A stretch of 64,000 nt of DNA from Paragordius varius (Eukaryota > Animalia > Nematomorpha): positions 8,308,001-8,372,000 of the forward strand of contig OZ176052.1 of NCBI GenBank assembly GCA_964247055.1. Reading direction: 5' to 3'. The position numbers and the translations under genes are program-made. Numbering within the stretch: the stretch's first letter is position 1; every line of letters starts with the position of its first letter. The notes beneath the pieces are model-generated. The model saw only the letters and a list, made by a program, of their open reading frames with translations. It was not told the DNA's origin and did not search any database. Of this stretch, positions 13,301 through 25,373 are shown one piece after another.

Positions 13301-16300
13301 GCATAATAAATTAAATCACAATTTCAATCATTTCTTATTATAAATTAAAAATTATTTATTTATTAATGTTAAATGTTAAAAATATCTTTTTGTGTATTAA
13401 ATTTTTAGGAATTGAGGCATCGGAACAAATGATTAGCCAAGATTATTCACGTTTGCTTCAAATAACACCTACTATTAAAAGAGTATCTAAGGTTACTCAA
13501 ATACCGGTTGAACTTATTGCAGCTCTTATCAGTCAGCGTTCTAGAGTAGGTTCTACACTTAACGAATCCTTTTACGGTCACGCCGGGTTCGGACTGTATC
13601 AAGTATGGCTAATATATTATATAATTAACAACTTTAAATAAAATCTGGACTAGGGTAGATCACAAACTACAGAAACTAGTATATTTCCATATTAGATTGA
13701 AATTCTGTAGATTTCTATATTAATACTTGTCATGGGGTCTCCTAATAAACCCCGCACATTTTTTTTGTTCAAAGATTTGGTTAGGTTAAATTGGACAGAA
13801 TTAGCTATAGCTCCAAAATGTCAATGTAAAAAGTCAAATTGACATATGACTAGAACAAACTTCCTCATATCAATACCGGTTTGGACCGTTTGCTTTAACT
13901 ATCCTTGATTTATTTAGTAACCAACTAGTTTTAGTGGCCTAGCTCTGTCTCGATTGCTGGGCATTTTCTCTACATTTTTAGGATTTTGTTGTTATTTAAA
14001 TAAACAAAGATTATAATATACATACATTTTATTATAAAAAAATATATAATCATGTAGCTAGGATTCAAACCACAGCATTCAAACCTCTCACCATATTCCT
14101 ATTTCCATATACAAAACGGAGCAATAATTCTCCACAATTACATTGTAAAAGTAAAGTGGCATCACCCTAATTTTACCTTGCGGCAAATATTAATAGGTAT
14201 GCATTAGATTAAGGCATCATTATTTCAAGTGTTATTAACTTTTTTACTCCAATTTGGATTGATTTAGGTGCTTTAGCTGCATTCGAATCGCAAGAAAAAT
14301 CCATCCCATCCATCCCTAAAATAAGATATTTATACAGTTATGGGGATTTAATTATGGATGTTATTGCAAGAGCCAAATGGTTACGTAGATATGGATATCC
14401 CAACAATATTATTTCACCCCTTACTTTTGAACCGATGCTAACAACTACTTCTAGTAGTTTAAAAACTTCCAAAAGCGGTATAAAAATAATTGAATCTCTA
14501 ATAAATGTATCCAAAAGGGTCATTGATGAAATAACTAAATCTCAATCGGTACGGAATCAAACGTTTGTACAAACGGAAGATAAAGTTTCTCTAAATAGGA
14601 CAATCGGTGTTGAACAAAATAAAACGATTATGACGGTCACCAACAGTACTCCAATATCAATGGCAGTTTCCATAGGTGGATCAACCATCATAACGGAAAA
14701 TGGTGAAATGACCAAGTTAGTTAATATATTAAATTGTAATTTGTTTTTAAAATTGTATACACACAAATATCTTACACTTTTTTATAGGTCATCGGTAGAT
14801 GATGCAGTAGATAATAGCATAGCAACTTCTACAAATTCAATAATTGTTCACACGGATATGACTAATACATCAGATGACAATATAAAATCAATTAATTTCT
14901 CCAATGTCACACAAACTAAAAAAAACGATTTCACAAATATAGTTACCACACAGTCTAGTATAACTGATGTTATATCAAGAATTTCCTCCGAAATCGGTCC
15001 GGATTTATTAACGGAATCAAACACGGCTCAAACTGTTTTGGTTGCTACAACTATATCTTCAATCTCTGAAGCAAGCAATCAAAACAATGAAAACATGATG
15101 GCAATAAATGAGGCAATGACAACGGTGTCGCCTTCTATTGGCTTTGTAGAAATAGGAAGTAGCACAGTTGAAATGGTAAAAGAAACTGGGGTTGATTTTA
15201 TCACCTCTGTTGATTTGATTCCAACCTTTCCTGCATCAATAACTGTATCTGAAAACAGTCGAACAACAAGCGAATCCCCCTTTATTTCATTTAATGAAAA
15301 TAACGATGGCAATGTCAATATTATGCCAACGTTTCCCTCAGTTCTTACTATTAATGATTTTGCTGGGGAATCAGAAGGAATAGCTTCCAGTTCTACATCA
15401 GAACAAACCATTGTGATGACCACTCAACAATTAATTGTCGAAAATAATATTTTTAATGATTTGGATGTGTTTCTTAGATACCTACAAAATACTTCCAATT
15501 TCATTGTCTTCAACCTAATTACTGAATTACCGACCGGTATAGTTAGATATAACGAAACCGTATTTAGATATACGACATCGTTTAATGAAACATTTACTAT
15601 AATAAATATTACATCTGTTCTCCAACAATTGCTAAACCGGATATTTGAAATATTTAAGATAGGATTGGGAGTTAATTTTGGCAATTATAGGATAAAAATT
15701 ATTTTTGAAAAGTCAAACGCAGCAAATATTCGTTTTAATTATATTGATTTGGTAAACTTAACTATTTTTCGCCAAAATTTTGCTGATAACTTTCCTTTGT
15801 TAACCATTGTTGCATCGAATCAAACTCTTAACCTATCCAAAAAGGATGATTCTGATCAAAATCTTTTAATAATATTCCCTTCAGCTTTGACCGGTATTGA
15901 AGTGTCGGATGAGTTTGGAGCAATCATAACAAAGTTTACAATATCTACATCGAACACAACAACGCTTTTTCAAGAGTTGACCAACTTTTTAACTCGTTTA
16001 ACGTTTTACAATATTTTGACAAGCTCTTCCTCAAATGATGTTAGATTAAATCAAAGTGAAATAGCAATGGATTTTGGAACAGTGCAAATCAATATTAATT
16101 CCAATATGTCTGGATTACCGAGTGGCAATGCGTTTGCCAGTTTGGATGATATAATAATGTACCTTAATAAGAATCTTAGAGTTTCGAATATAACATCAAA
16201 AAATATTTTTTCCAATAATACGGTTATAAATTTATTTTCAAACGTTACAACATATCGTATCTTAAATTTCCTCAAAGACCCTACCAATGTAGAGGGTATC

Positions 16301-18580
16301 AACTCTCTTAATGATACCGTTACCTCGTATATGATCAATGGTACAACCTATTACATTGTCAATGTTACGTTAGGGTTAGAAAATTTACTAGAAAATTTAC
16401 AGGAATATTTACGGGTTACTCTTAACATTCCTAAGGATTCATCTTTTACCATACGTTTCTTATTTGATTCTAATGATGTTAATTTACTAACCACCAATTT
16501 AAATGCTATTGATTTTCGTGTTTTTTCAACTAATTTGTTGAAAACGTTTCCTTTACTACAATTTATTTTAAAAAATGAAATAATGGATTTTCGTAGCGGA
16601 CTTATTGAAAACAATCAATCTCAATACGGTTTATTTATTCTACCAACATATATAAAAGGTATTGAAGTTCGAGATATAAATGATTCTGTTTTAACACAAT
16701 TCATGTTTCCTAGTGGTGCTAATAATTTATATACTCTTCAACAATGGATTAATTTAATAGCCAATATATCGAATGATGTAAGCTCTAATACAATACCAAT
16801 GAATTTCGGACAAAATGCAACGGTCAACATCGAGATAAATGAAAATTTAATTCGTTCTACGTCCCTACCCACAATAACTGATAATGAAATTGGGACTCAA
16901 GTGGAAACATCCACAAATGAGCTAAAAGTCTTAGATTCTACGTTAATAGGAAGTTTTGCGTTTGGTCAAAACTTACCCTATCTCGTTGAGAATGAAAATC
17001 TTATCATTCAAAAATTTAACGCTACCTTTTATTCACTTAGGGCCATCGAGCAAACTGATGTTATTTATGCACAAGATATTACAGCATTTTTTAATTCACT
17101 TGTACAAATATTGTATAGGGCATTGAATCAGGTGCAAACGGTATCCAGATATGCCGTAAAAGTTTCGCTTATATTTGATATCCAACCGGGCACTTCCAAT
17201 TCTAATGATAAATATTACATTCTGCGGTTAAATTCTGTGGACGCTGGCTTCATAAATTCTTCAATATACCATGAGTTTTCCAACGAATCTTTAGTACAAT
17301 TAGGTTTTTCAATTGAAATAAAAGTGCACTTAAATGATGAAGTAGAAAAAGAAGATTTGTTTAAAATATATCTCCTAAAAAATTTATTAATAAAGAGTAT
17401 AAGAATCCAATTTTCATCGGGAGAAATTTTAAACGTTTCAATTGATAACAATTTATCGGACCTTGACTTTATTATTAATAGATTGAGAATGAATCTTTCT
17501 CAAACGTTTGCTATTAATCAAGAAATTACGAACATAAATGCAACAATTATTAACAATAATATCCTTGATAAAGAAATAGTGATAAGTACTTCAAATACGC
17601 CCATAAAAAATTCAACCATTTTAACAATGGGCAATGGTAATAATACGTTTGTTAGTGAAATAAATACAACTCACATAATGTATATCAATTTATCAGGTAA
17701 CAAAATTGATATTATACCTAATTTAACCAAACGACTTACAAACACGCTATTAGATTTCCAAAAAAAGTTGAAAATTGAATATAATGTTTCCCAAACCTTA
17801 ATTGAAGATTTAAATTACGAATTCATTATAAAGATAACCGGAAACACAGATGATACCCTAATTATTGATCTAGATTCGTTAGGGGTGGTGATTGATAACT
17901 TAAATAACTTGAAATTTGATGTAGAGGGTAATGTTAAAGCTATGGGAGATTTTGGTATCGCGTCCAGATTAAATACGTCAAATTCTAACGTGATCGTAAT
18001 TGAAAACGCTGTTATAGAATCCGTCAAAGTTTTTGAGACAGATACCACAGGATCACGGATCATTATTGGAACTTTAGCTATTAATGAGTACAATAACAAC
18101 AAGTCAAGTAATATTGATGTTATTTTTGATGAAAATTGGATTAATATAAAAAAAGCTAATGAGGAATTTTCTATCACAAGTGAAAAAACTACTCTTGTAA
18201 TGAAAAATCTGATGACCGTTTCCACCATTTTTCCTTCATATAATACCACCCGATATTCAATCTACATAAATCGAACCCATAATGAGAACAGATCAAGAAA
18301 TAATTTGTCTTTTCCAATCTCGTACAACAGAAATAAAAATAAACCATTTTATCATTATTTGGATCGAAACGGGGATGATTACAACACCCGAATGTACAGT
18401 GCAAGCAGAAATGATTATCGCAATGGAACAAGCAGCCGAGTGTATGGCAATACATACATATCCCGCAATTATGGACCAGTTGTTATGTATATCAATATCA
18501 GAAAAAACCCATTGTACAAACCATCTAACCTTATTCGACAGCTCAAAGTTGCTAAGCGACCATTAAAATTGGGTATGTAG
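10378..18580 (+). CDS. Large secreted multidomain protein: 2 beta-defensin-like Cys modules, 2 catalytically degenerate goose-type (GH23) lysozyme domains, S/T-rich stalk, ~4 diverged ~210-255 aa repeats, Y/R/N-rich tail (~1948 aa as modelled)
   Basis: Phase-consistent exons 10378-10657, 10801-10932, 11127-11191 (junction uncertain), 11349-11609, 11965-12103, 12746-13045, 13131-13226, 13409-13602, 14058-14196, 14268-14715, 14788-18580 (5847 nt). Signal peptide MMQIIKSLLLVFYLGLLFIKG. g-lysozyme motifs: NPYILAALMSKMSRVG..WGIMQ|VD..DDVIQRAKMFK and TNGATKKT..GIEASE..IAALISQRSRVG..GFGLYQ|..GALAAF..DVIARAKWLRRYGY. Confidence 0.85.
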
Positions 18581-19811
18581 CAAAATAAATATTTCTATTA
18601 ATGTAAAAAATATGATATATCAAATCTTGTCGATTGATATATTACAATTGCTAATGCTATGTTTATTTCTTTCAGTTTGTCAGTAAGATTGTATATCAGC
18701 GTATATGTTTCCAGATTGCATTTCTTAATTAAATTGCCTTAAATAGGCATTTATTTTTGATTTTTGCGTTTTTTTAAATTATGAAGCAAAACTTTAACTT
18801 TTAAATAGTTAAACAAAATATAGATATGATTAGTTTCGAAAATTTATTCGTGACGTGTCTTCCTTTTTATGTATTTAATATACTGGTAGTTTTATCGATA
18901 TTTTGGATATATGCGCATTAGTACCCTTTTAATTTAAAGGGTAGGTACGTAAATGAATCCTTTAGATTGATGATTTTTGCAATACATTAGTCTCTATAAG
19001 GCAAATTTATACTTAAATTCAAATAATTATTAAAAACGGTTATGGACATAATACTATGAATTATACCATAGAATACTAGAGCTCCATTGTCTTAAAGCTA
19101 TCTCTCAGTAAGGGCAATTTATTTCTTTGTTCTAATTTTAAGTTAGTTCAGTTACGTTTACAATTATATTCATTCTTTATTAATATAAACATCCTATAGA
19201 TGGGGAACTTGTGCAATAAACAAGATTGGAATTAATTCCATATAGATTCAATTCTAATTTTATAGTTAAGTTTTAAGAGATAGGGCCCAATTAAAAAAGA
19301 GTCATCCATATATTTATAATATTAATTATATATTCCCTAAGGATATAAAGAAGTTAAAGTTTTTACTAAATCCCCAAACCTAATGGGCTTAATTTTTAAA
19401 ATATGGTAAACTTTTCTGGTTCTAACTTTGACTTTACTTATTTTTGAATATGAACAGTAATAATCGAAATTATACAGACAAAACTTAAAAACTCAGGCAT
19501 ATATTTTTGAAAAAAAAAGATAACCATTTTTTCAAAGATTGATTTTTGTGAAATAAAACTCATCGTTTTGCATTGCAAATAAAATTTAGATGTAAATTCA
19601 CACTCAATCATATATTTGAAAATTGTAATTACATAGTTTATGTAGGAAAAATTAAGGTTTAAAAAAGTATGCATATTTTTTGTCTTATAGTGAGTTTTTA
19701 CGTTTTGTCTGTTTAATTATAATTTTTGCTGTACTGTAATAATAAAAAATATAGCAAAATCTTTTTTAATTAATACTCATACATACACAATATGTTATGT
19801 GTATCAAATAG

Positions 19812-19999
19812 ATCGAGTTACTAGAAATATGAATAAAACAGCGGCTGATTTAACCAAAGTAGATTTGTTCGAGCTCGATACATCGATAAATGGAAAGCAT
19901 GGAATGTTCCCCCTAAGTGGTTTGAATGGGCCCTACTTTAACCCCCAATCTTTTTACAATAAATATGATAACACTCATCAAAATTATTCGGTATCTTAA
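19812..19999 (+). CDS. Probable additional 3' exon of the lysozyme-like gene
   Basis: The TAG at 18578 lies inside a strong donor (TTG G|GTATGT, 18573, phase 1). The acceptor CAAATAG|AT at 19811 joins in frame to give DRVTRNMNKTAADLTKVDLFELDTSINGKHGMFPLSGLNGPYFNPQSFYNKYDNTHQNYS, which has the same N/Y/F/K bias as the preceding tail. Confidence 0.55.
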
Positions 20000-21006
20000 G
20001 ATATATAAAGAAACACGCATTTCACCCATACAACATATTTTTATATTTATATTAATGCATTTATTTCACGTTTTAATGCAGGGAAAACATGCCTTTAATA
20101 TTAACTCTTATAATTATTATAATAATAAATAGTATTGCGACTTTTTACTAATTTATCATATATTGTCATAACAATACTATGTACAACTCTTCGTTATGCG
20201 ACCTATTCCTGTATTAACTTACATTGACTACAAAGTTTTAACCTGTTATACATTATAAACAACGAACCCATTTTCAATATTAAAATATATTTAATATAAA
20301 AAAATACATTAAATCACTCACTATTTGTGTAAAATACGGTAACCGCCCAAAGATATTTACAAAAAGTGTTTAGATTAAGCAATATTAATTATTTGGGGTA
20401 CAGAAAAATGTAAAATAATGTATTAAAAAGAATTCGTATACAAAAAATTTAACCAATTTTTCCCATTCTAATATTAAATTTGTTTATTAACTTTGGACAA
20501 AATCTATTTTTATATCCTACGATACTGCATTACCAATTAACCAACATAAATATGCATATTGTGATTAGTTCATGCATATCAAAAACTATTTCGATTTCTA
20601 AACAACGAATCTTTTGGAATCGTTAAAAACTGACCGTATTCTCCCACAAATCAGTTCATAAAATGTGGCTTAATTAGAATAAGTTTCAACGATTATACAA
20701 TTTAACTGAAATTGAAATTATCACTCCATTGATGCGCATAAACAGCATCAGCAAGAAATAATGCACACAAAAAGAAGGGTGAGTTTCATGAATAACCCTT
20801 TACAGTTCCTTTAATCCTTTGAGCTTATCAAGGAAAGCGTGTAACATAACTATCATATACTCAATTTTACAAATAAGCATAGGTATAAAACAATATATAA
20901 TATATATTTTTTAAAAAAATTCCAAAATTTGCTCTTATCGTTATCTAAAAAGATCAAATATCTGTATTTATTAAGCACAATAATATACCACAATCACTCT
21001 CTGTAA

Positions 21007-22209
21007 CAGTGATACTCAAACCGCGGCACACAGGCCGCATGCGGGCCTAAAAGTCCTCTTTAATGGCACTGAGTTATATATTTTATTTGATTTACTTTTA
21101 TTTGAAGTATAAATATGTGCAAATAAGTCAAACTATGAAATATTTATCGGTATTAAATAGTGCGCGTTTTTTTGGTGAATTAATCAGACAGAAAATAATT
21201 TAATGCATGTTCTTTTAGAGATATTACCCCACATAATATTCAATGACAATATTGATGATGTATTCCGTGTCTATATAAATTTACGGGGAAAAATAATGTT
21301 TCACTTAAAATTTGGAAGAAAAAAAGGTGGAGGTTAGGACTCATTTATTATTTATGTGTGTAAATAGTAAAAGAGCAACAATCTTAAATCAAATTAAATA
21401 GTCTATAAAAGAAGAGTTAATATATCATTTTTAATTTATATATACAAATTTATAAAGGACGAAATAAAATTTATTCAACAGGATAATACAAAAAAAACCA
21501 TTAGTTTATGGAAACAAATAAATCATAAGATTATGATTAATTATTTAGTGACTAATTAATCAATACTTTTTGTTTTAAACCACCAAAGTTATAATTTATT
21601 TTATTATGTTTTAAAACAAAAACGTATGTTTTTTATTCCGAAGTTTGACACAATATAAATAGAGTAGGTACATTTGTGTTGGCCAATTGGTAATACAGTA
21701 GCGTGTTATAAAAAACCAAATTTATCGATAATTGAATGAACAAAAAATCATTTAATTTTAATTTGGTGTTTTATTTTACGGTGTTGCTATTTGGGTAAAA
21801 ATAATGTGAATTGGCCAACATAAATATGTGCATACTATGATTAAGAAGCTAGTTTAAATATATGATTGCGAAAAACAATCCGCAGAAAACATCTCAATAT
21901 GAAGAAATTAGGAAGAGGGTTGTGAAGCTAAAAAGCTCGATTTGAAATTTTTATATAATTGTTTTATAGGAGGGGTGACCAATACGCGGCCAAAATTTGA
22001 AAATCCATAACTTACATAGCGTAAAAAAGATGATTAAAATTGATATTTCTTAAATAATTTGGCAAAAACTAGTAAAAATTGTTTAATTTTTTCACTTACG
22101 TTTTAAACCAAATAAATTATTTATGAATGCCCATATCTATTTCAAATGCGACCCGCAAGATTTTTGAAGTAAAAAATGCCGTCTACGATGCCATTTGTGT
22201 AGGACACCC
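21007..22209 (+). mobile_element. Fragments of a hAT-derived non-autonomous element
   Basis: 5' end CAGTGATACTCAAACCGCGGC...GGCCGCATGCGG at 21007; 22030-22209 matches the 3' part of the 27608-28158 copy. Confidence 0.5.
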
Positions 22210-23628
22210 CAGAATGTAGTATCTTTTATTTATTATTGCATGAAAAAATAGCAAAAATAAATAATTGCTCAGTTCCCAACTCTAAAAATATTTTTTTACT
22301 AAAATGGGTACATATTTAATTAAAAAATATTTTTTTATATTTTTGCGGCAATCAAACTATGACAGAAACATAAACAGCTTCAAAATACTGTATTAATAAT
22401 TTTTGGGTGGCTTTTGGAAGTACGGTTCTTTTTCGATTGGTTTTAGTGGAAAAAGTCCCATTAATTTTCACGCTAGAAATTTCTATCTGAAACAGTATAT
22501 ATATTAATTTCAAATAAATAAGATTCATTTATTAACTTATTGAACTCCCAAATTACAATAAACTTTTCATGAAAAGCTAACTTATTTCACAGAGTGTTTT
22601 TAATTGGAAATTTAATTTTCATCGAAAGGCTAATAACCCGGTTGTGAATCATTCTGTTGAACTGTTTAAAATGCAATTAAAGATTTTTCTAATTGGTTTT
22701 TAGGTTTAAAGTATTGACCCAATATCATATGAACTTAATTTCTCAAAAAAATTGTGGCAAAATCTAATTATAAATGCTTACTCTTGATCAATTCATAACA
22801 TTATTTATTGTATATCTATCTATATCTCCTGAGACCTTTTTAAATCACTTTTCCAATCTCTTTAATTTTTTTAAAAAAGAAAGTAATTTTATATTTTTCA
22901 AAAAATATGATATATAATTGTAGCATCTTAACTATCTTGGCCTACCTAGAAATATAAGATTAATACACATTTTCTCTAAAAAAACATTTTGACAGTAATT
23001 AAAAATTAATTATTTTTATTAAGAATACATATATATATATAGCGTAGGTTTTTTTAGCATAAAGCTTGCAAAACTCCTCCCAATTAGATCAATAACAACG
23101 AGGAAATTAGTTTATTATACAAAATCTATATCCCTTAAAAATTGTTTTTGTTCCTAATCATCAATTTCCATGAAATAATTGCAATACTAATTTAAAATTT
23201 TTATAAATTTGCATAATTTCTCCAAATTAAGAATGTTAATATCTGGGAACGTGCCTTTATCATTATGATTTTTGTCAAGTTAAGTAAAACAACGAACGAA
23301 CGAACCAATTAAATATGTGTTTAAAATTATTTTTTTGAAAAAAAAGGTATAAATTTTGGATGACTTAATAATTCACATATATCAAAAAAATTAATTAAAT
23401 ATATGTATATATATAAACAACAATGTATATATCATGGGAAGGGATCATAAGTAAGGAGGATTCATCATTAATATGCCATTAATGCCTCACAGCTTGCCTC
23501 CCCTCCTTTATTGATACTTTGCGATTATTATATTATCTATTAACATTGTACCGTAAAATAAAAAAATTATATACAACAATAATAATAATAATTAGTAAAA
23601 AAAAGTTCATCATATCGCACAACAATCC

Positions 23629-23635
23629 TATATAA
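23629..23635 (+). promoter_or_regulatory. Candidate TATA box of the 23735 gene
   Basis: CCTATATAAGG about 100 bp upstream of the ATG; weak evidence in an AT-rich genome. Confidence 0.3.
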
Positions 23636-23734
23636 GGAGGGCTACTCATTCAACTTTGTCAATATCTTTAAATTTTTTACCTTTACATTTCCTATTATTG
23701 TGCAAAATTATTATATTTCTCCAACGAGACCAAC

Positions 23735-24394
23735 ATGATTTTTCACACCCATTTACCGTTTTCGATTGCATTTCTTTTCATTTCACATTATTGTTACGTT
23801 TGCCATTCAGCTCCACAAAAATTTAATTCACTCATATCACAAAGGAGGGCTCTTGGGAGACACGTTAGAATCCCAAATTATGATCGTTTCTTTGATAGAG
23901 AAGGTCAGGGCCCACACCAAACCAACAAACAACAATCTCAGCATTTGACTAAACATCCGTGGAACCTTTACAAAGCATATAAGGATTTTCAATACACCCA
24001 GCCTGATGTTAGTAATAAAAATGGTCCTCAAACCTTTTACGATACCACTTTAGGGGATGAACAAATAGGTAATTATGATGAATACGGGACCGGTAGTAAC
24101 AAGCAATTCATACCAAACAGAAATTTGAATGAAGATTTGATTCTATGGCTCCTGCAAAAAGAGTTACCCAACAGATATGACAATAATAACTATTATTACC
24201 CTAAAAAATCGGTCATAGCCAATGATCGACAACCAACAAGTTATGTCAGAGCCCTAGAAAGTAATCGAGATTATTTGGAGAAAAAAGATGAACCCGATGA
24301 AGACCTAGAAACGCCCATCAGAGTGTCCGCTATATATTTTGTTCCGCCTGGGAAAGCTACTTCTCGCCTGGGTCAAGAATTAACAAACAACTAA
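23735..24394 (+). CDS. Secreted protein of unknown function, prohormone-like (219 aa, single ORF)
   Basis: Clean 660-nt ORF with coding-like composition, a hydrophobic N-terminus ending in CHS|A, basic sites RR, KK, KK and GK, and no Cys after the signal peptide. No family recognised. Confidence 0.7.
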   Translation: MIFHTHLPFSIAFLFISHYCYVCHSAPQKFNSLISQRRALGRHVRIPNYDRFFDREGQGPHQTNKQQSQHLTKHPWNLYKAYKDFQYTQPDVSNKNGPQTFYDTTLGDEQIGNYDEYGTGSNKQFIPNRNLNEDLILWLLQKELPNRYDNNNYYYPKKSVIANDRQPTSYVRALESNRDYLEKKDEPDEDLETPIRVSAIYFVPPGKATSRLGQELTNN

Positions 24395-24544
24395 AACAAA
24401 ACCTATTAAAAGTTTGGTACTAGTTAAATTTTATAACATTCCATATTTTTTTATAATGTATAAATATATATTGTGATTTATTTTCTTGTAACGTTATTTT
24501 TTACAAACAAAAAAAACAGAAATGTTAATTTAAAAAATAAAATA

Positions 24545-24754
24545 CAATATGCACATTTATGCTGACCCATTCACATTATTGTTGGCCAATTGGTAATACA
24601 GTAGCATGTGTAATAAAACAAAATTTGTCCCCAATCAAATATACAAAAGGAAAAAATGTTTAATTATAACATTTTGTTGTTTTTATTCATATATTAGTGT
24701 GTTACCGATCTGGCCAGCATAAATGTGAATAAGCCAGCATAAATGTGCATACTG
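24545..24754. mobile_element. Tc1/mariner-type MITE (CAGT...ACTG ends, TA flanks)
   Basis: Inverted ends TACAATATGCACATTTATGCTG / CAGCATAAATGTGCATACTGTA; related copies at ~21670-21835, 25081-25243 and ~29975-30180. Confidence 0.7.
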
Positions 24755-25373
24755 TAAGTTTTACATCCAGATGTAATTACATAATATAATACACAATTCA
24801 ATATTTTGGTATTAAAAAATAAACTTTATAAATAAATAGATGTGGACGCATATACATTTTTAGAATTGGCATAGGTAAATTTAGGTATGTTAGACATAAA
24901 AGATTTTACAGTGCTCACTTTATTCTTAACCAAGTGGAAAAAACGGTAGGGCATGACATAAAGCAAATTTTGTCTTTAATTTATTAAAATTTAATGTTGT
25001 GAGTTAGGAAAAGATGTTTAATTTTAACCATTTATAGTTTTTTATCCATACGATATTATATTACCGATTGGCCGGAAATACAGTATGCATTTTAAAGGTG
25101 CATATTTCACAATATATTTGGGCAATTAGCAACACACTAGTCTATAAAGAACAAAATATTGAATAAACATTTCTTTCATACACCACTGTGTCGCAAATTG
25201 CCCAACTATAGTGTGAAATAAGAAACCATTAAAATGCACTCTGTAAGTTGAATTAGACAACAATAATTAAGTACCGTAAATTAAGCATAAAATAAATACA
25301 ATGCTCTAAGACTAAAAGGAAAACATATGGATATGAAAAAGAAAATTTTTTATAACCACAATAAAATAATCAT

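Noticed and set aside
11349-14420. Horizontal transfer of the lysozyme domains from bacteria
   Set aside because: The domains carry multiple spliceosomal introns at matching positions and resemble animal g-type lysozymes; no sign of recent transfer.
14338-18566. Many antisense and alternate-frame ORFs over the 1408-aa ORF
   Set aside because: Shadow ORFs of a long coding exon with no independent motifs.
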